A stretch of DNA of 63,876 nucleotides, filler included, from Caldilineae bacterium (GCA_037446815.1; 9 parts of 9 records of this genome joined end to end with filler, not necessarily neighbours in it), one strand, 5' to 3'. Positions 46,368-57,138 are shown, numbered from the whole stretch's first letter. Translations and numbers: made by a program. Notes: generated by a model from the letters alone, not told the origin.

Positions 46368-49300
46368 ATGTCGTCCATCGGCAGAAGAAGCGCAAGGCGA
46401 ATAGAGTGGCCCCTCGTCGTTGCGCTTCTTCTGTGCGTTGTCGCGGGGTGGCCGCTGTTCGCGTCGTGGGGGATGGTGGAGACCCGCGCGGGCGGCGATA
46501 GCCCGTTCCTCCTCGTGCGCGTCCACCAGTTGGTCGCGGCCCTGAAGGAAGGCGTCTTCCCCGTGCGGTGGATGGCCGACGCCGCCTACGGTTACGGCTA
46601 CCCGTTCTTCAACTTCTACGCCGCCTTGCCCTACTACCTCGCCGCGCTGCTGAAACTGCTCGGCTTCACCTACGTCAACGCCATCAAGGGCGCGCAACTG
46701 CTGGGCCTATTGGCAGCGGGGCTGGGCGCGTACCTGCTGGCGAAGCGCCTGTGGGCCAACCCCTGGGGCGCGGCGCTGGCGTCGGCGGCCTACACCTTCG
46801 CGCCGTTCCACCTGGTCAACCTCTACGTGCGGGGCGACTCCCTGTCGGAGTTCTGGGCCTTCGCCTTCTACCCGTTCATTCTGCTGACCTTGCTGCGCTT
46901 GTGGGAAGCGCCTTCCCTACGTCGCGTGGGCGTTGTAGCCCTGGCCTTCGGCGGCCTGGTGATGACCCACAACGTGTCGGCGCTCATCTTCTCGCCGTTC
47001 GTGGGGCTGTTTGTCGTGTACTTGTGGGCGAGCACACCCGGCGGATGGCCGCGCCGCCTGGCCGCAGCCGCGATGGCCATCGCCCTCGGGCTTGCCCTCA
47101 GCGCGTGGTTCTGGTTCCCGGCCCTGGCCGAGCGCAACCTAGTGCACCTGGAAGTGCAGACGACGGGGTATTTCTTCTACGGCGAACATTTCCGCGCGGG
47201 CAATCTGGTGCAGCGCACGCCGCTGTTTGACTACCGCGTGGACGCGGCGGGGACGCCCTTCGCCATGGGGCTGGTGCAGGCCGCGCTGGCCGCGGCGGGC
47301 GCCGTGTGGCTCCTCGTGTCGTGGGCGCGAAGGCGGCGCGCGGATGGGGCGGGCATCTGGGCGCTGGCGTTCCTCCTCATCGCCACCGCGTTCATCACGC
47401 CCCTGTCGCGGCCCCTGTGGGAGCGCATCCCGCTCTTGCCTTTCGCCCAGTTCCCGTGGCGGTTCCTGTCGGTGCAGGCGCTGGCCGCTGCCCTGGTCAT
47501 CGGTCGCCTGGGGGACATCCGCCCATCCCGCGCGTGGATCGCCCAGGGCGCGGGGCTTCTCCTCGCGGTGAGCGCAGCCGTGAGCCTTCAGCCCACCTAC
47601 CTGCACGCGGGCGACGCGGATGTTACCCCCCAGCGGCTCATCCTGTACGAGGCATTCACCGGCAACGTCGGCTCCACGGTGCGCGCCGAGTACCTGCCCA
47701 AGGCCGCCACGCCGCGACCGTATGCGGGCGAGGCCCTGTGGAACGATGGCGCGCCCCTGCCCCGCGTGCTGGAGGGCGACGCCGACGTTGCGCCCGCGAG
47801 TGAGAGGCGCACGACGCTCCAGCGGTGGCGCGTGGACGTGCGCTCGCCCCAGGCGCGTCTGGCCTTCCCCACGCTCTACTACCCGGGCTGGCGGGCCTTC
47901 GTGGACGGACGCGAGGTTCCCTGCGAGGCGCAGGTGGGCTGGGGCGCCATTGCCGTGGCCGTGTCGCAGGGGAGCCACGAAGTTACCCTGCGGTTCACGG
48001 AGACGGGCAAGCGGCTCGCCGCCGAGATTGCGTCGCTCCTGGCGCTGGCGGCGTGCGTCGCCCTGGCGGCCGTGAGATCGCGGGGCCGCGCGTGGGCCGT
48101 TGGCGCGGGATGGGCGGCTGCGACGCTGCTTGTGGTGATCGCCGTCGGGTTTGTCTCCACGGCGGCGTCGCCCCGCTACGCCCCCGACGATTTGACCATG
48201 GACTGGGCGGCGGGGCCGTACCTGGGCCACAACCCGGGCGGCTTGCGATACGAGGACGGCGCGGCGCTGCTGCGCTATCGCCTGTCGGCGGAACGCCTTG
48301 CTCCGGGCGACACGCTGTCGGTCGCGCTGGCGTGGAGCGCCGCCGCGGACGGCTTGCGGGCGGAGGTGGCGCTGGAGGGCATGGCCGCGCCCCTGTTTGG
48401 CGTGCCCGATGTGTTGGCCGCTGCCACGGCGACCGTCGCAGGCGGGCAGAGCGAGCACGCGCTGATAATCCCCGCCACACTGCCGCCCGGCGCGTACCTG
48501 CTCCGCGTGCGCCTGTTTGCGGGCGATGCCGAGTTGTCCTCGCTGGACGAGCGCGGGCGCGCTATCGGCCAGACCTACCTTGCGCCTGTGCGCGTGTTGG
48601 GGAGTGCGCGCCTGCCCGCCACGGCCTCGCTCCGCCTGCCCTTCGGCGACGGCGTCCTGCTCCGCGACGCGCAGGCGGTGCAGACCGAGCCGGGGCGATT
48701 GGCCGTGGCCCTGGCCTGGGAGCCGCTCCGTCAGTTGCCCCAGAACTACGCCGTCTCGGTGCGCCTGCTGGATTCGGCGGGGACGGTCGTGGCCCAGCAC
48801 GACAGCCAGCCCAACTACGGCTTCAGCCCGACGGCGCTGTGGGCGCCCGGCGAGTTTGTGCTGGATCGCCACTACGTGGACCTGCCGCCCGGGCTCCCCA
48901 CCGACGAGGAGTACACGCTCCAGGTCGTGCTGTACGACGCGAACACGCTGGCGGCGCTAGGCGCGGCGGATGTCCCCGGCGTGCGATTGAGCCTGCTGGA
49001 CGTGCGCGAGACATATCCCATTGTGGCGCCCATGGGCGCGGGGTGGGCGTTGAGCGCGATTTACGTGGACAGAGCCGAGGCGTGGCAGGGCGAGAAGGTT
49101 GCGGTTCGCGCCGCGTGGGCCGCGCTGGCCGCCCAGTCGGAGCCGCACACGGTGCGCGTTGAACTGCGAGATTCGGCGGGGCAGACCGTGTGGGAGACGC
49201 GCGCCCCGCTGAACGAGGGGCCTGTTCCGGCCAATGCCCTCATCGCGCGCCGCTACACGGTGGATGTGTCGCTGCATCTGGCGCGCGGCGACTATGCCCT

Positions 49301-49817
49301 TGCCCTTGTGCTGGAGGACGCGGGCGGGCAGGCGGTCGGCACCTACGTGCACCCCGCGCCCCTCGCCATCCGCGAGCGCGAGCGGACGTTCACCGTGCCC
49401 GCGATGGCCCACCGCGCCGACGTGAACTTCGGCGAGGAGATTGCCCTGCTGGGCTACGACCTGCGGCGCGAGGGAGATGCGCTCCGCCTGACGCTGCACT
49501 GGCAGGCCCAGGCGCGCCCCGCCGCCGACCGCACGGTGTTCGTCCACCTGTTTGACCCCGCGACGGAGCGAATCGCCGCGCAGTTGGATTCGCCCCCGCG
49601 TGGGGGTGCGTATCCCACGTCGCAATGGGCGCCGGGCGAGGTGGTCTCGGATGACATCACGCTGAGCCTGGCGGGCGTGCCCGCAGGCTCGTACCGCCTG
49701 GCGGTGGGCCTGTATGGGCCGGGGGATGCGCCACGGCTCGCCGCGCGCCTGTCGGATGGCACGCGCCTCGCCCTGGATCGGTACGTGCTGGCCGAGGAGA
49801 TTGCGGTGAGCCGGTGA
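46368..49817 (+). CDS. Large GT-C membrane protein (PTPS-related/YfhO-like) with repeated C-terminal beta-sandwich domains
   Basis: FPVRW....YGYGYPFFNFY, YVRGDSLSE, QFPWRFL, YYPGWRAFVDG, then about four L.W...D..P...W.PGE repeats. Confidence 0.82.
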   Translation: MSSIGRRSARRIEWPLVVALLLCVVAGWPLFASWGMVETRAGGDSPFLLVRVHQLVAALKEGVFPVRWMADAAYGYGYPFFNFYAALPYYLAALLKLLGFTYVNAIKGAQLLGLLAAGLGAYLLAKRLWANPWGAALASAAYTFAPFHLVNLYVRGDSLSEFWAFAFYPFILLTLLRLWEAPSLRRVGVVALAFGGLVMTHNVSALIFSPFVGLFVVYLWASTPGGWPRRLAAAAMAIALGLALSAWFWFPALAERNLVHLEVQTTGYFFYGEHFRAGNLVQRTPLFDYRVDAAGTPFAMGLVQAALAAAGAVWLLVSWARRRRADGAGIWALAFLLIATAFITPLSRPLWERIPLLPFAQFPWRFLSVQALAAALVIGRLGDIRPSRAWIAQGAGLLLAVSAAVSLQPTYLHAGDADVTPQRLILYEAFTGNVGSTVRAEYLPKAATPRPYAGEALWNDGAPLPRVLEGDADVAPASERRTTLQRWRVDVRSPQARLAFPTLYYPGWRAFVDGREVPCEAQVGWGAIAVAVSQGSHEVTLRFTETGKRLAAEIASLLALAACVALAAVRSRGRAWAVGAGWAAATLLVVIAVGFVSTAASPRYAPDDLTMDWAAGPYLGHNPGGLRYEDGAALLRYRLSAERLAPGDTLSVALAWSAAADGLRAEVALEGMAAPLFGVPDVLAAATATVAGGQSEHALIIPATLPPGAYLLRVRLFAGDAELSSLDERGRAIGQTYLAPVRVLGSARLPATASLRLPFGDGVLLRDAQAVQTEPGRLAVALAWEPLRQLPQNYAVSVRLLDSAGTVVAQHDSQPNYGFSPTALWAPGEFVLDRHYVDLPPGLPTDEEYTLQVVLYDANTLAALGAADVPGVRLSLLDVRETYPIVAPMGAGWALSAIYVDRAEAWQGEKVAVRAAWAALAAQSEPHTVRVELRDSAGQTVWETRAPLNEGPVPANALIARRYTVDVSLHLARGDYALALVLEDAGGQAVGTYVHPAPLAIRERERTFTVPAMAHRADVNFGEEIALLGYDLRREGDALRLTLHWQAQARPAADRTVFVHLFDPATERIAAQLDSPPRGGAYPTSQWAPGEVVSDDITLSLAGVPAGSYRLAVGLYGPGDAPRLAARLSDGTRLALDRYVLAEEIAVSR

Positions 49818-49946
49818 ACGGGCGCGATGGGGTTGGGCTCACGCCGTCTGCCGTCTGTCAGTGCGCGCGAAGCAAACCCTTGGGGTTGTATGGGTCGGTT
49901 CCATCTTGTGTTGGTGAAACGCATGGACACTCTCCTCGTGTGTCGT

Positions 49947-50046
49947 NNNNNNNNNNNNNNNNNNNNNNNNNNNNNNNNNNNNNNNNNNNNTTAATTAATT
50001 AANNNNNNNNNNNNNNNNNNNNNNNNNNNNNNNNNNNNNNNNNNNN
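49947..50046. other. Artificial contig linker (repeat modules on both sides: 49890-49946 and 50047-50170)
   Basis: N44-TTAATTAATTAA-N44. Confidence 0.98.
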
Positions 50047-50200
50047 CGAAGAATCCCGCCCCTCACCCCAGCCCTCTCCCGAAGGGCGAGGGCGTATCGC
50101 CGTGCGACGCACCTCGGAGGTACGTTGCACGTTCCCCATTCGCGTGGATTCGCGTCCATCCGCGGTTACGAACCCGCCACCTGCGGATATAGCCCGCGAG

Positions 50201-50230
50201 TTGACAGCCCGCCGCCCGTGGTGTTATAGT
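50201..50230 (+). promoter_or_regulatory. Sigma70-like promoter
   Basis: TTGACA, 18 nt, TATAGT with an extended TG. Confidence 0.65.
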
Positions 50231-50333
50231 GCGGGTGCGCCGGTAGCCTCATCGCGCAAAACCCGGCATCCCGTCGTCAACAGGCGGCATCCGCCGCGAG
50301 GTCCGTGCGCCGCGCGCGGACAAGGAGGGCAAG

Positions 50334-50945
50334 ATGATCGCACACATCCATTGGCTCGGGCACGCCAGCGTGCGCCTGGATTTTGACAAAGTCATCTACG
50401 TGGACCCCTGGCAGATTCGCGGGGCCGCGCCGAAGGCGGACCTGATTCTCATCACCCACGAGCACTACGACCATTTCTCCAAGCCCGACATTGACAAGTT
50501 GCGCAAAGACACCACATCGTTCGTAACCATCGCCACCGTCGCGGGCAATCTCAAAGGCGACGTTCACGTGGTCAAGCCCGGCGACGCCATCACCGTGCAG
50601 GGCGTGGGCATCCAGGCTGTGCCTGCGTACAACATCGGCAAGCAATTCCACCCCAAGAACGCGGGTCATGTCGGCTTTGTCATCCAGACGGGCGGGTACG
50701 CCATCTACATCGCGGGCGACACCGACCTGACGCCTGAAATGAAGGCGGTCCGCGCCGATGTGGCCCTGCTGCCCGTGGGCGGCAAATACACGATGACCGC
50801 CGAGGAGGCCGCCCAGGCCGCCAATGCCATCCAGCCCAAACTGGCCGTCCCGCTTCACTATGGCAGCATCATCGGTTCCCGCGCAGACGCCGAGCGATTC
50901 CGCACCCTGTGCAAGGTGCCGGTGCAAATCCTACAGCCCGAATAG
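50334..50945 (+). CDS. Metallo-beta-lactamase-fold hydrolase (UPF0173-like)
   Basis: WLGHAS, YVDP, ITHEHYDH, AGDT, LLPVGGKYTM, PLHY. RBS AAGGAGG. Confidence 0.9.
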   Translation: MIAHIHWLGHASVRLDFDKVIYVDPWQIRGAAPKADLILITHEHYDHFSKPDIDKLRKDTTSFVTIATVAGNLKGDVHVVKPGDAITVQGVGIQAVPAYNIGKQFHPKNAGHVGFVIQTGGYAIYIAGDTDLTPEMKAVRADVALLPVGGKYTMTAEEAAQAANAIQPKLAVPLHYGSIIGSRADAERFRTLCKVPVQILQPE

Positions 50946-50958
50946 AGCAGGAGAGTCA

Positions 50959-51639
50959 ATGCCATCAACATCCAACCCAATGCCCCGCCGAGCGCGGCGC
51001 GTCCTCGCCCTTGTCGCAATCCTGGCCTGCGCCGTGATAGGGGCGCGTTGTGCCGCGCCATCCCGCGCAACGCCCGCCCCGCCCACGCCCGAACCCTTGC
51101 CCTCCCCCACGCCGATTCCCGTGTCCACGCCGTCATTCGGCCTCACCCTGCCGTTCCCGAAAGAGGCGAACACCGGGCAAATGCCCGTCTTCGTTACCGT
51201 GGAGGACGTGCCTATCATCGGGTTTTATGTCAACAAGGGCGGCGCCGTCCTGGCCCCTCATGAGGCCACGGTCGTGGAGGTTCTCCTGGTAACCGAATCC
51301 ACGGCGCTTCTTCGGGAGGGCGGGCTCGTGCTCAACTTCGTTCACCCCGCGGGATTCGCCAGCCAGGTCTATCTGTGGCGCGGCGAGGCCGTCCAGCAGG
51401 ACAAATCGGGCAACCTCCGGCCCCTGGCGTTGACGCCGGCCCAGCCGTCGTTGAGTTACGGGCCCGTCTACCGAGGGCAAGTGGTGGCGCTGGCCGGCGA
51501 CCCCTTTCCGCAGCCCCAGTTCAAGGGCGCCAACCTGCTGCTCACGCTGGCGAAGCAAGGCGGCAAATACGTTCCCCCGGACACGCTCTGGTTGTTCGGC
51601 AAGCCGCAATACGTCGCTACGCCAACGCCGGCGCGGTAA
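50959..51639 (+). CDS. Hypothetical lipoprotein or secreted protein with a Pro/Thr linker
   Basis: Basic and hydrophobic N-terminus ending in Cys, PTP linker. ATG 50959 follows AGGAG. Confidence 0.7.
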   Translation: MPSTSNPMPRRARRVLALVAILACAVIGARCAAPSRATPAPPTPEPLPSPTPIPVSTPSFGLTLPFPKEANTGQMPVFVTVEDVPIIGFYVNKGGAVLAPHEATVVEVLLVTESTALLREGGLVLNFVHPAGFASQVYLWRGEAVQQDKSGNLRPLALTPAQPSLSYGPVYRGQVVALAGDPFPQPQFKGANLLLTLAKQGGKYVPPDTLWLFGKPQYVATPTPAR

Positions 51640-53289
51640 TCACTCGCTGAAGATCCATTGGCGGTAGAAAGCATCCAAATCTCGCCCCGCCGCCTGCTCC
51701 AGCAGGTCCAGCAGGTCCTGCCCCTGCGCCACCTTGAAGCGAGACCGCTCGTAGTGGCGGCGGAGCGCGCCAAACAGCGCGTCATCGCCGATTTCCGTGC
51801 GCAGCGTCTGGAGGGCGATTGCCCCTTTATAGTACACCGTGGTAACGTAGTCCCAACTGGTGCGGAACCGCCCCACAGGCCACGTTACCGCGCCAATCGT
51901 GCCATTGCGCTCGCCCGTCTCGTAGCGCGCCACCCACTGATCGTACTGCGTCCGGAACGCATCGGCGCCCATCACATCCTGCACATACACGCCCGACGAA
52001 AACGTCGCCAACGCCTCATCCAGCCAAGGCTCGCGCAGGATGTCATTGCCCACCACGCCATACCACCACTGGTGCGCAACCTCATGGGCCACGGTAACAT
52101 CTAGCCGCCACTTCTCGGCGGGGGTGTACAGCGCATCGGAGATGAGCACCACGCCAGGATACTCCATCCCCAGCAAGCCGATGAGCGGCGCCTCCACCAC
52201 ATCCAACTCGCGGTACAGGTAAGGCCCAAACCGATTGTTGAACACGTTCAGCGCATCCTGAGCCGCAGCCAGCGCCTCCTTGCCCCACGCGGCGTGAGCG
52301 GCATACGCGAAGGAGCGCACGGTAACGTCGCCGACCCGCGTCGTGGCTACGCTTGCATTGGGCGACAGGGCGACGAAGAAATCGCGGGCCGGGCCGGAGT
52401 GGAAGGCATGGGTTACGCTGTCGCCCGTCTGCGCCGTGGCAACCTCGCTCCCTGTCGCGATGACGGCGTAGGCTTCCGGCACGGTGAGCCAGACCTCGTA
52501 CAAGGCGATCTCGCTGTACACCGGGTCTCCCCACTCGGGCACCGCGTCCAGTCGCCAGCCCTCGCTCTCATACACCGCCAGCATCGGAAACCACTCGGCC
52601 AGCACGATAAGCCCCTTGGCCTCTCGGAAAATCCCATAGCCCTGCTCGCGGGTCCACGGCTGGCCCTCTTCCACGGGGATCGTGGCCTGCCATTCCAGAA
52701 CCAGCGTCAACTCCGCACCGGGCTCCCAGGCCGATGTCAAGCGAACCCGCACGATGGACGGATCGCCAGCCGCCTCCCAAGTCCAGGGCTTGCCGCTCCC
52801 GTCCGCCACCCGCAGGAGTTCCACACGCGCCGGGCCGTACAGCCTGCCCGCGTTGGGGTACAATCGGAAATAGACCTCGCCCAGCGCCAACCCTGCCCGG
52901 TTCACCACCCGCACGCGCTCGGTGCCGCGCAGGGTCATCGCAGCGGGGTCAAAGGTCGCGGCGATTTGATACCGCGGGGCATCGCCCAGCGCGTCCAGGT
53001 AGGACACCGCCGCGGGAACCATCGCGACGGCGTGCGCTCGTGGCTCCAAGGGGGGCGCGGCGAAGGGCACCGCCGGATCCGGCGTCGCCGTAGGAGGTGG
53101 CGGGGTCGGCGTGGGCGGCAGCGCAGTCGGAGTGCGGCTCGGCGCGACGGGGGTGGCGGTCGGCGCGGGCGTCGCGGTGCCGGCTCTCGGCGCGCAGCCC
53201 ACCAGCGCAGCGGCCATCAGCGCCACGACGACAACCATCCGCCATGGCAGCCAAGACCGCAACGACTTGTCGCATGGCATCCTGCTCAT
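51640..53289 (-). CDS. M1-family zinc aminopeptidase, lipoprotein
   Basis: Lipobox LVGC, Pro/Thr linker, GMEYP, HEVAHQWW-..-EPWLDEAL, VYYKG. Confidence 0.9.
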   Translation of the reverse strand: MSRMPCDKSLRSWLPWRMVVVVALMAAALVGCAPRAGTATPAPTATPVAPSRTPTALPPTPTPPPPTATPDPAVPFAAPPLEPRAHAVAMVPAAVSYLDALGDAPRYQIAATFDPAAMTLRGTERVRVVNRAGLALGEVYFRLYPNAGRLYGPARVELLRVADGSGKPWTWEAAGDPSIVRVRLTSAWEPGAELTLVLEWQATIPVEEGQPWTREQGYGIFREAKGLIVLAEWFPMLAVYESEGWRLDAVPEWGDPVYSEIALYEVWLTVPEAYAVIATGSEVATAQTGDSVTHAFHSGPARDFFVALSPNASVATTRVGDVTVRSFAYAAHAAWGKEALAAAQDALNVFNNRFGPYLYRELDVVEAPLIGLLGMEYPGVVLISDALYTPAEKWRLDVTVAHEVAHQWWYGVVGNDILREPWLDEALATFSSGVYVQDVMGADAFRTQYDQWVARYETGERNGTIGAVTWPVGRFRTSWDYVTTVYYKGAIALQTLRTEIGDDALFGALRRHYERSRFKVAQGQDLLDLLEQAAGRDLDAFYRQWIFSE

Positions 53290-53327
53290 ACGCTTCGGAC
53301 TCCTTCTGCGCTTGGCGGGCCGCTAAC

Positions 53328-53358
53328 AAAAAGGGTGAAGGGCTTGCCCCCTTCACCC
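53328..53358 (-). terminator. Rho-independent terminator after clpX
   Basis: GGGTGAAGGG/CCCTTCACCC stem followed by TTTTT on the - strand. Confidence 0.8.
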
Positions 53359-53383
53359 GGTTCTACTCGTGTGCGCAGCGGAC

Positions 53384-54670
53384 TTACGCAGTCTCTTCCA
53401 AACCCACGATGCCGCGGTCGGACTGGGTTACAAGGATAGGCTTGGAACGCTGGCAGATGGTATCCTCGTTGACGACGACCTTGCGCACGTCGCGCCGCGA
53501 CGGAATCTCGTACATCACGTCCAGCAGGGCTTCCTCAATGATCGTGCGAAGGCCGCGTGCGCCGGTCTTGTGCCTCATCGCCTCGCGGGCCGCCGCACGC
53601 AGCGCCCCTTCGGTGAACGTCAGTTCCACCTTGTCCATGGCAAACAGCCGCTGATACTGCTTCACGATGGCATTCTTCGGACGGGTCAGCACTTCCACGA
53701 GGGCGTCTTCATCCAGCGGTTCCACGCTCACGGTAACGGGCATGCGGCCCACGAATTCCGGAATCATGCCGTAGGCCAGGAGATCGTCCGGCGTTACCTG
53801 GCGCAGCAATTCGGCTGCAGTCCACTCCGTCCTGCGCCGCGCCTCGCTCCCCTTCGGGAAGCCTACCTGCCCCTTGACGCCAATGCGCTCGGCGATGATG
53901 CGGTCCAGGTCATCAAACGCCCCGCCGCAGATGAACAAGATGTCCCGCGTGTCCAGTTGGATGAACTCCTGATGGGGATGCTTGCGCCCGCCTTGCGGGG
54001 GCACATTCGCCACCGTGCCCTCAATGATCTTCAGCAGCGCTTGCTGGACGCCTTCCCCCGAAACGTCGCGGGTTATGGAAGGATTGTCGCCGCTCTTGCG
54101 CGCGATCTTGTCAATCTCGTCAATGTACACGATGCCCTTGGACGCCTTCGCCAGGTCGTAGTCCGCCGCCTGGATAAGGCGCAGCAGGATGTTCTCCACG
54201 TCCTCGCCCACGTACCCCGCCTCGGTGAGGGCCGTCGCGTCGGCAATGCAGAACGGCACCTCCAGAATCTTCGCCAGGGTCTGGGCCAGCAGTGTCTTGC
54301 CGCAGCCGGTCGGGCCGATGAGCAGGATATTGCTCTTCTGAAGTTCTACCTCGTCGGACTTATCGCCCGAGACAATGCGCTTGTAGTGGTTGTACACGGC
54401 CACGGACAGGACCTTCTTGGCGCGCTCCTGCCCCACCACGTACTCGTCCAGGCGCTGGTAGATTTCCTGAGGGTTGGGGATGCGCTGGGGCACGAAATCG
54501 GCAGGGTTCCCCTTGGGCTGGAGCATCTCGGCCTCAAGGATCTCCCGGCACAGGTTCACACACTCATTGCAGATGTAGACCCCATCCGGCCCGGCGATAA
54601 GACGGTCTACCTCGTGCTGACTTCGCCTGCAAAACGAACAGACCTCTTCGGCGCGGCTAAGTCTAGGCAT
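53384..54670 (-). CDS. clpX: ATP-dependent Clp protease ATP-binding subunit
   Basis: C4 Zn finger CSFC...[38 protein letters not shown] loop, TGARGLR. Confidence 0.97.
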   Translation of the reverse strand: MPRLSRAEEVCSFCRRSQHEVDRLIAGPDGVYICNECVNLCREILEAEMLQPKGNPADFVPQRIPNPQEIYQRLDEYVVGQERAKKVLSVAVYNHYKRIVSGDKSDEVELQKSNILLIGPTGCGKTLLAQTLAKILEVPFCIADATALTEAGYVGEDVENILLRLIQAADYDLAKASKGIVYIDEIDKIARKSGDNPSITRDVSGEGVQQALLKIIEGTVANVPPQGGRKHPHQEFIQLDTRDILFICGGAFDDLDRIIAERIGVKGQVGFPKGSEARRRTEWTAAELLRQVTPDDLLAYGMIPEFVGRMPVTVSVEPLDEDALVEVLTRPKNAIVKQYQRLFAMDKVELTFTEGALRAAAREAMRHKTGARGLRTIIEEALLDVMYEIPSRRDVRKVVVNEDTICQRSKPILVTQSDRGIVGLEETA

Positions 54671-55295
54671 CTTTGGGCTCCTCGGGCTGTACAGACTCCT
54701 CCGCCTTCTGAGAGGGCGGCGCCAGTACCTCGTCTATGATCCCGTACTCCTTCGCAACGTGGGCATCCATGAAGAAATCGCGGTCAAAGTCGCGCTGGAT
54801 GCGTTCCAGGGGCTGGCCTGTGTGCTTGGCCAGAATGCGGTGCAACAGATTCTGCGTCCGCAGCAACTCCTTCGCGGCAATCTCCACATCCGGCGCGTAG
54901 CCCTGCATTCCACCGCCCGCGGGGTGCATGTGAATCGTCGCATTGGGTAGCGCGTAGCGGCGGCCCTTGGTCCCGGCCGCCAGCAGCACGGTCCCCATGC
55001 TTGCCGTCCACCCCACCGCGATGGTGGAAATCGGCGCGCGCACCTGCTGCATGGTGTCGTAGATGGCGAGGCCGGCGTATATGGCCCCGCCCGGGCAGTT
55101 GATGTAGAGCGATATCTCCTTGTCGGGATCTTCCCGGTCCAGGTATAGCAATTGCGCCACCACGAGATTGGCCACCTGGTCGTTGATAGGCGTGCCCAGG
55201 AAGATGACCCGCTCCTTCAGCAACAGCGAGTAGATGTCATAGGCGCGTTCGCCGCGCCCGGTGTTCTCAATGATCATGGGAATCAGGCTTTGCAT
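54663..55295 (-). CDS. clpP: Clp protease proteolytic subunit
   Basis: [23 protein letters not shown] (Ser), HP (His), DRD (Asp). Confidence 0.96.
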   Translation of the reverse strand: MQSLIPMIIENTGRGERAYDIYSLLLKERVIFLGTPINDQVANLVVAQLLYLDREDPDKEISLYINCPGGAIYAGLAIYDTMQQVRAPISTIAVGWTASMGTVLLAAGTKGRRYALPNATIHMHPAGGGMQGYAPDVEIAAKELLRTQNLLHRILAKHTGQPLERIQRDFDRDFFMDAHVAKEYGIIDEVLAPPSQKAEESVQPEEPKDA

Positions 55296-55309
55296 GAGCA
55301 ACCTCCGCA

Positions 55310-56644
55310 TCAGCCTTCGTCTGAGCCGGACTCTTCCGCTTTCGGCGCATCTTCCGTTACCTCCGGAGCCTGGCCGGTGGCAATCTCCCGAATGCGCGTG
55401 AACACATTCTCCGTCAACATGTGGTTCAAGACTCTGTCTGCCAGGTTGCTGTCCTCCAGCGCCTCGGGGGAAACCCCTGCCTGCAGGTACGAGTCCTTCA
55501 GTGCACTAAGCGTCTTTCCGAACTCTTCCACGTCCACGCTCACCCTCTCGGCACGACGGAGCGCGTTCAACACCAGCATTTGTTGCAAGTTCCGTTCCGC
55601 GCGCGGCTTGAGGCTGGCGCGAAAATCCTCGCGGGTCTGCCCGGCAAGCGCCAAATACGAATCCAAGTCGCGGCCCTCGCGCTCCAGTTGCGCTTCAATG
55701 CTCTCCATCATGTCATCCAGTTCCTGCTCCAGCATAATCGGCGGGTACTGGATGCTAGCCTGGTCCACGATCATGTTCAGCACATCCGCGCTGTACTGAT
55801 CCTCCGCCTCAACTTTGCGCTCGTTCAGAAGCGCCTCACGCACCCTCGCTCGCAGCGCGTCCAGATTCTCAAAATCGCCCACCATCTTGGCCAGGTCATC
55901 GTCCAGCGGCGGCAGTTCCAGCGTCCGGACGGACACCACATGCACGCGGAAGTCGCACGCCTTGCCCGCCAATTCCTTGTTCGGGTGATCCTCGGGCGCG
56001 GTCAGGGTGAATTCCGAATCGTCGCCCGCGGCGGCCCCGGCCAGCCGCTGGCTAAACCCAGGCAGAGGTTCCCCGTAGGGTTGACCAACGATAAGGGGGA
56101 AGTCCTCGGATTCCTCAAAGACCACCTTGCCTTCCACCGTGCCGGTAAGCGTAACCGAGACCATATCGCCCGGCTCCGCCTTCCGATCCACCGGAACCCA
56201 AGACCCCTGGTCCTTGCGAATGCGCTCTAGGGTCTCCTCTACCTCCTCGTCAGCAACGGTAACCTCCGGGAACTCTTTGCGAATCTCACGGTAGTTGCCG
56301 AGGTCCACCTCTGGGGCCAAGGGGATGGTGAGTTTTACCGTAAAAGGTTCTCGCGTCAGGTCTGTCAGCGTCGCAGGCGCAAAGGGCTCAATGCCCGTCT
56401 CCTTCAACGCCTCCCGCAGCGCAACGTCCAGGAAGTTATCCAGCATCTCCTCAAAGACCACGTCCTCGCCGTAGTAGCGCACCACGGCAGCGTAGGGGGC
56501 CTTGCCCTTGCGGTAACCCGGGATGCGCCCGCGGTTGGCCAAGCGGCGCGCCGCCCGCTGCATTTCCTGCTGGATGCGCTCCGGCTCCACCTCTATCGTG
56601 AGCAAGACCTGACGGTTCTCCAGATTCTCGGTAGTGAACTTCAA
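55310..56644 (-). CDS. tig: Trigger factor
   Basis: PGYRKGKAP ribosome-binding loop, FKBP-like middle domain, LAGK. TTG start; canonical tig-clpP-clpX order. Confidence 0.93.
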   Translation of the reverse strand: MKFTTENLENRQVLLTIEVEPERIQQEMQRAARRLANRGRIPGYRKGKAPYAAVVRYYGEDVVFEEMLDNFLDVALREALKETGIEPFAPATLTDLTREPFTVKLTIPLAPEVDLGNYREIRKEFPEVTVADEEVEETLERIRKDQGSWVPVDRKAEPGDMVSVTLTGTVEGKVVFEESEDFPLIVGQPYGEPLPGFSQRLAGAAAGDDSEFTLTAPEDHPNKELAGKACDFRVHVVSVRTLELPPLDDDLAKMVGDFENLDALRARVREALLNERKVEAEDQYSADVLNMIVDQASIQYPPIMLEQELDDMMESIEAQLEREGRDLDSYLALAGQTREDFRASLKPRAERNLQQMLVLNALRRAERVSVDVEEFGKTLSALKDSYLQAGVSPEALEDSNLADRVLNHMLTENVFTRIREIATGQAPEVTEDAPKAEESGSDEG

Positions 56645-56745
56645 ACCCTCATCTCCTTCTCTTCCCCCTCATCGGGGCGCGGGGATTATGGCGTGCCTCG
56701 TGCGGGCCACCATCCGCGTTGCCGCGGGTGCCCACAGCACCGAGG

Positions 56746-56817
56746 AGCGGAAGACGGGATTTGAACCCGCGACCCTCTCCTTGGCAAGGAGATGCTCTAC
56801 CGCTGAGCCACTTCCGC
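56746..56817 (-). tRNA. tRNA-Gly (GCC)
   Basis: GCGGAAG/CTTCCGC acceptor stem, anticodon arm TCTCC-TTGCCAA-GGAGA, T-loop GTTCAAATC. CCA not encoded. Confidence 0.97.
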
Positions 56818-56851
56818 CCGCATGATGCGGCGTAACGCTACGCCGTCCAGG

Positions 56852-56933
56852 TGGGGAAGGAGAGACTTGAACTCTCACGGATCGCTCCACGTGATCCTAA
56901 GTCACGCTCGTCTGCCAGTTCCGACACTTCCCC
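56852..56933 (-). tRNA. tRNA-Leu (TAG)
   Basis: GGGGAAG/CTTCCCC acceptor stem, anticodon arm CGTGA-CTTAGGA-TCACG, long variable arm, GTTCAAGTC. TATAAT at 56946-56951 on the - strand. Confidence 0.96.
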
Positions 56934-57038
56934 GACCCAGCGCGGATTATATACTAACCTGCACCGACCCGCAAATGGGCCATGCCAAACGTTCGGTTCC
57001 CGAGCCTATTGGCGCGTGCTGTCATTCTGAGCGGCGAA

Positions 57039-57138
57039 NNNNNNNNNNNNNNNNNNNNNNNNNNNNNNNNNNNNNNNNNNNNTTAATTAATTAANNNNNN
57101 NNNNNNNNNNNNNNNNNNNNNNNNNNNNNNNNNNNNNN
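57039..57138. other. Artificial contig linker
   Basis: N44-TTAATTAATTAA-N44. Confidence 0.98.

Noticed and set aside
56743..56933. tRNAs lacking CCA, or a possible integration site
   Set aside because: Non-encoded CCA is common. No integrase or duplicated tRNA 3' end is visible.
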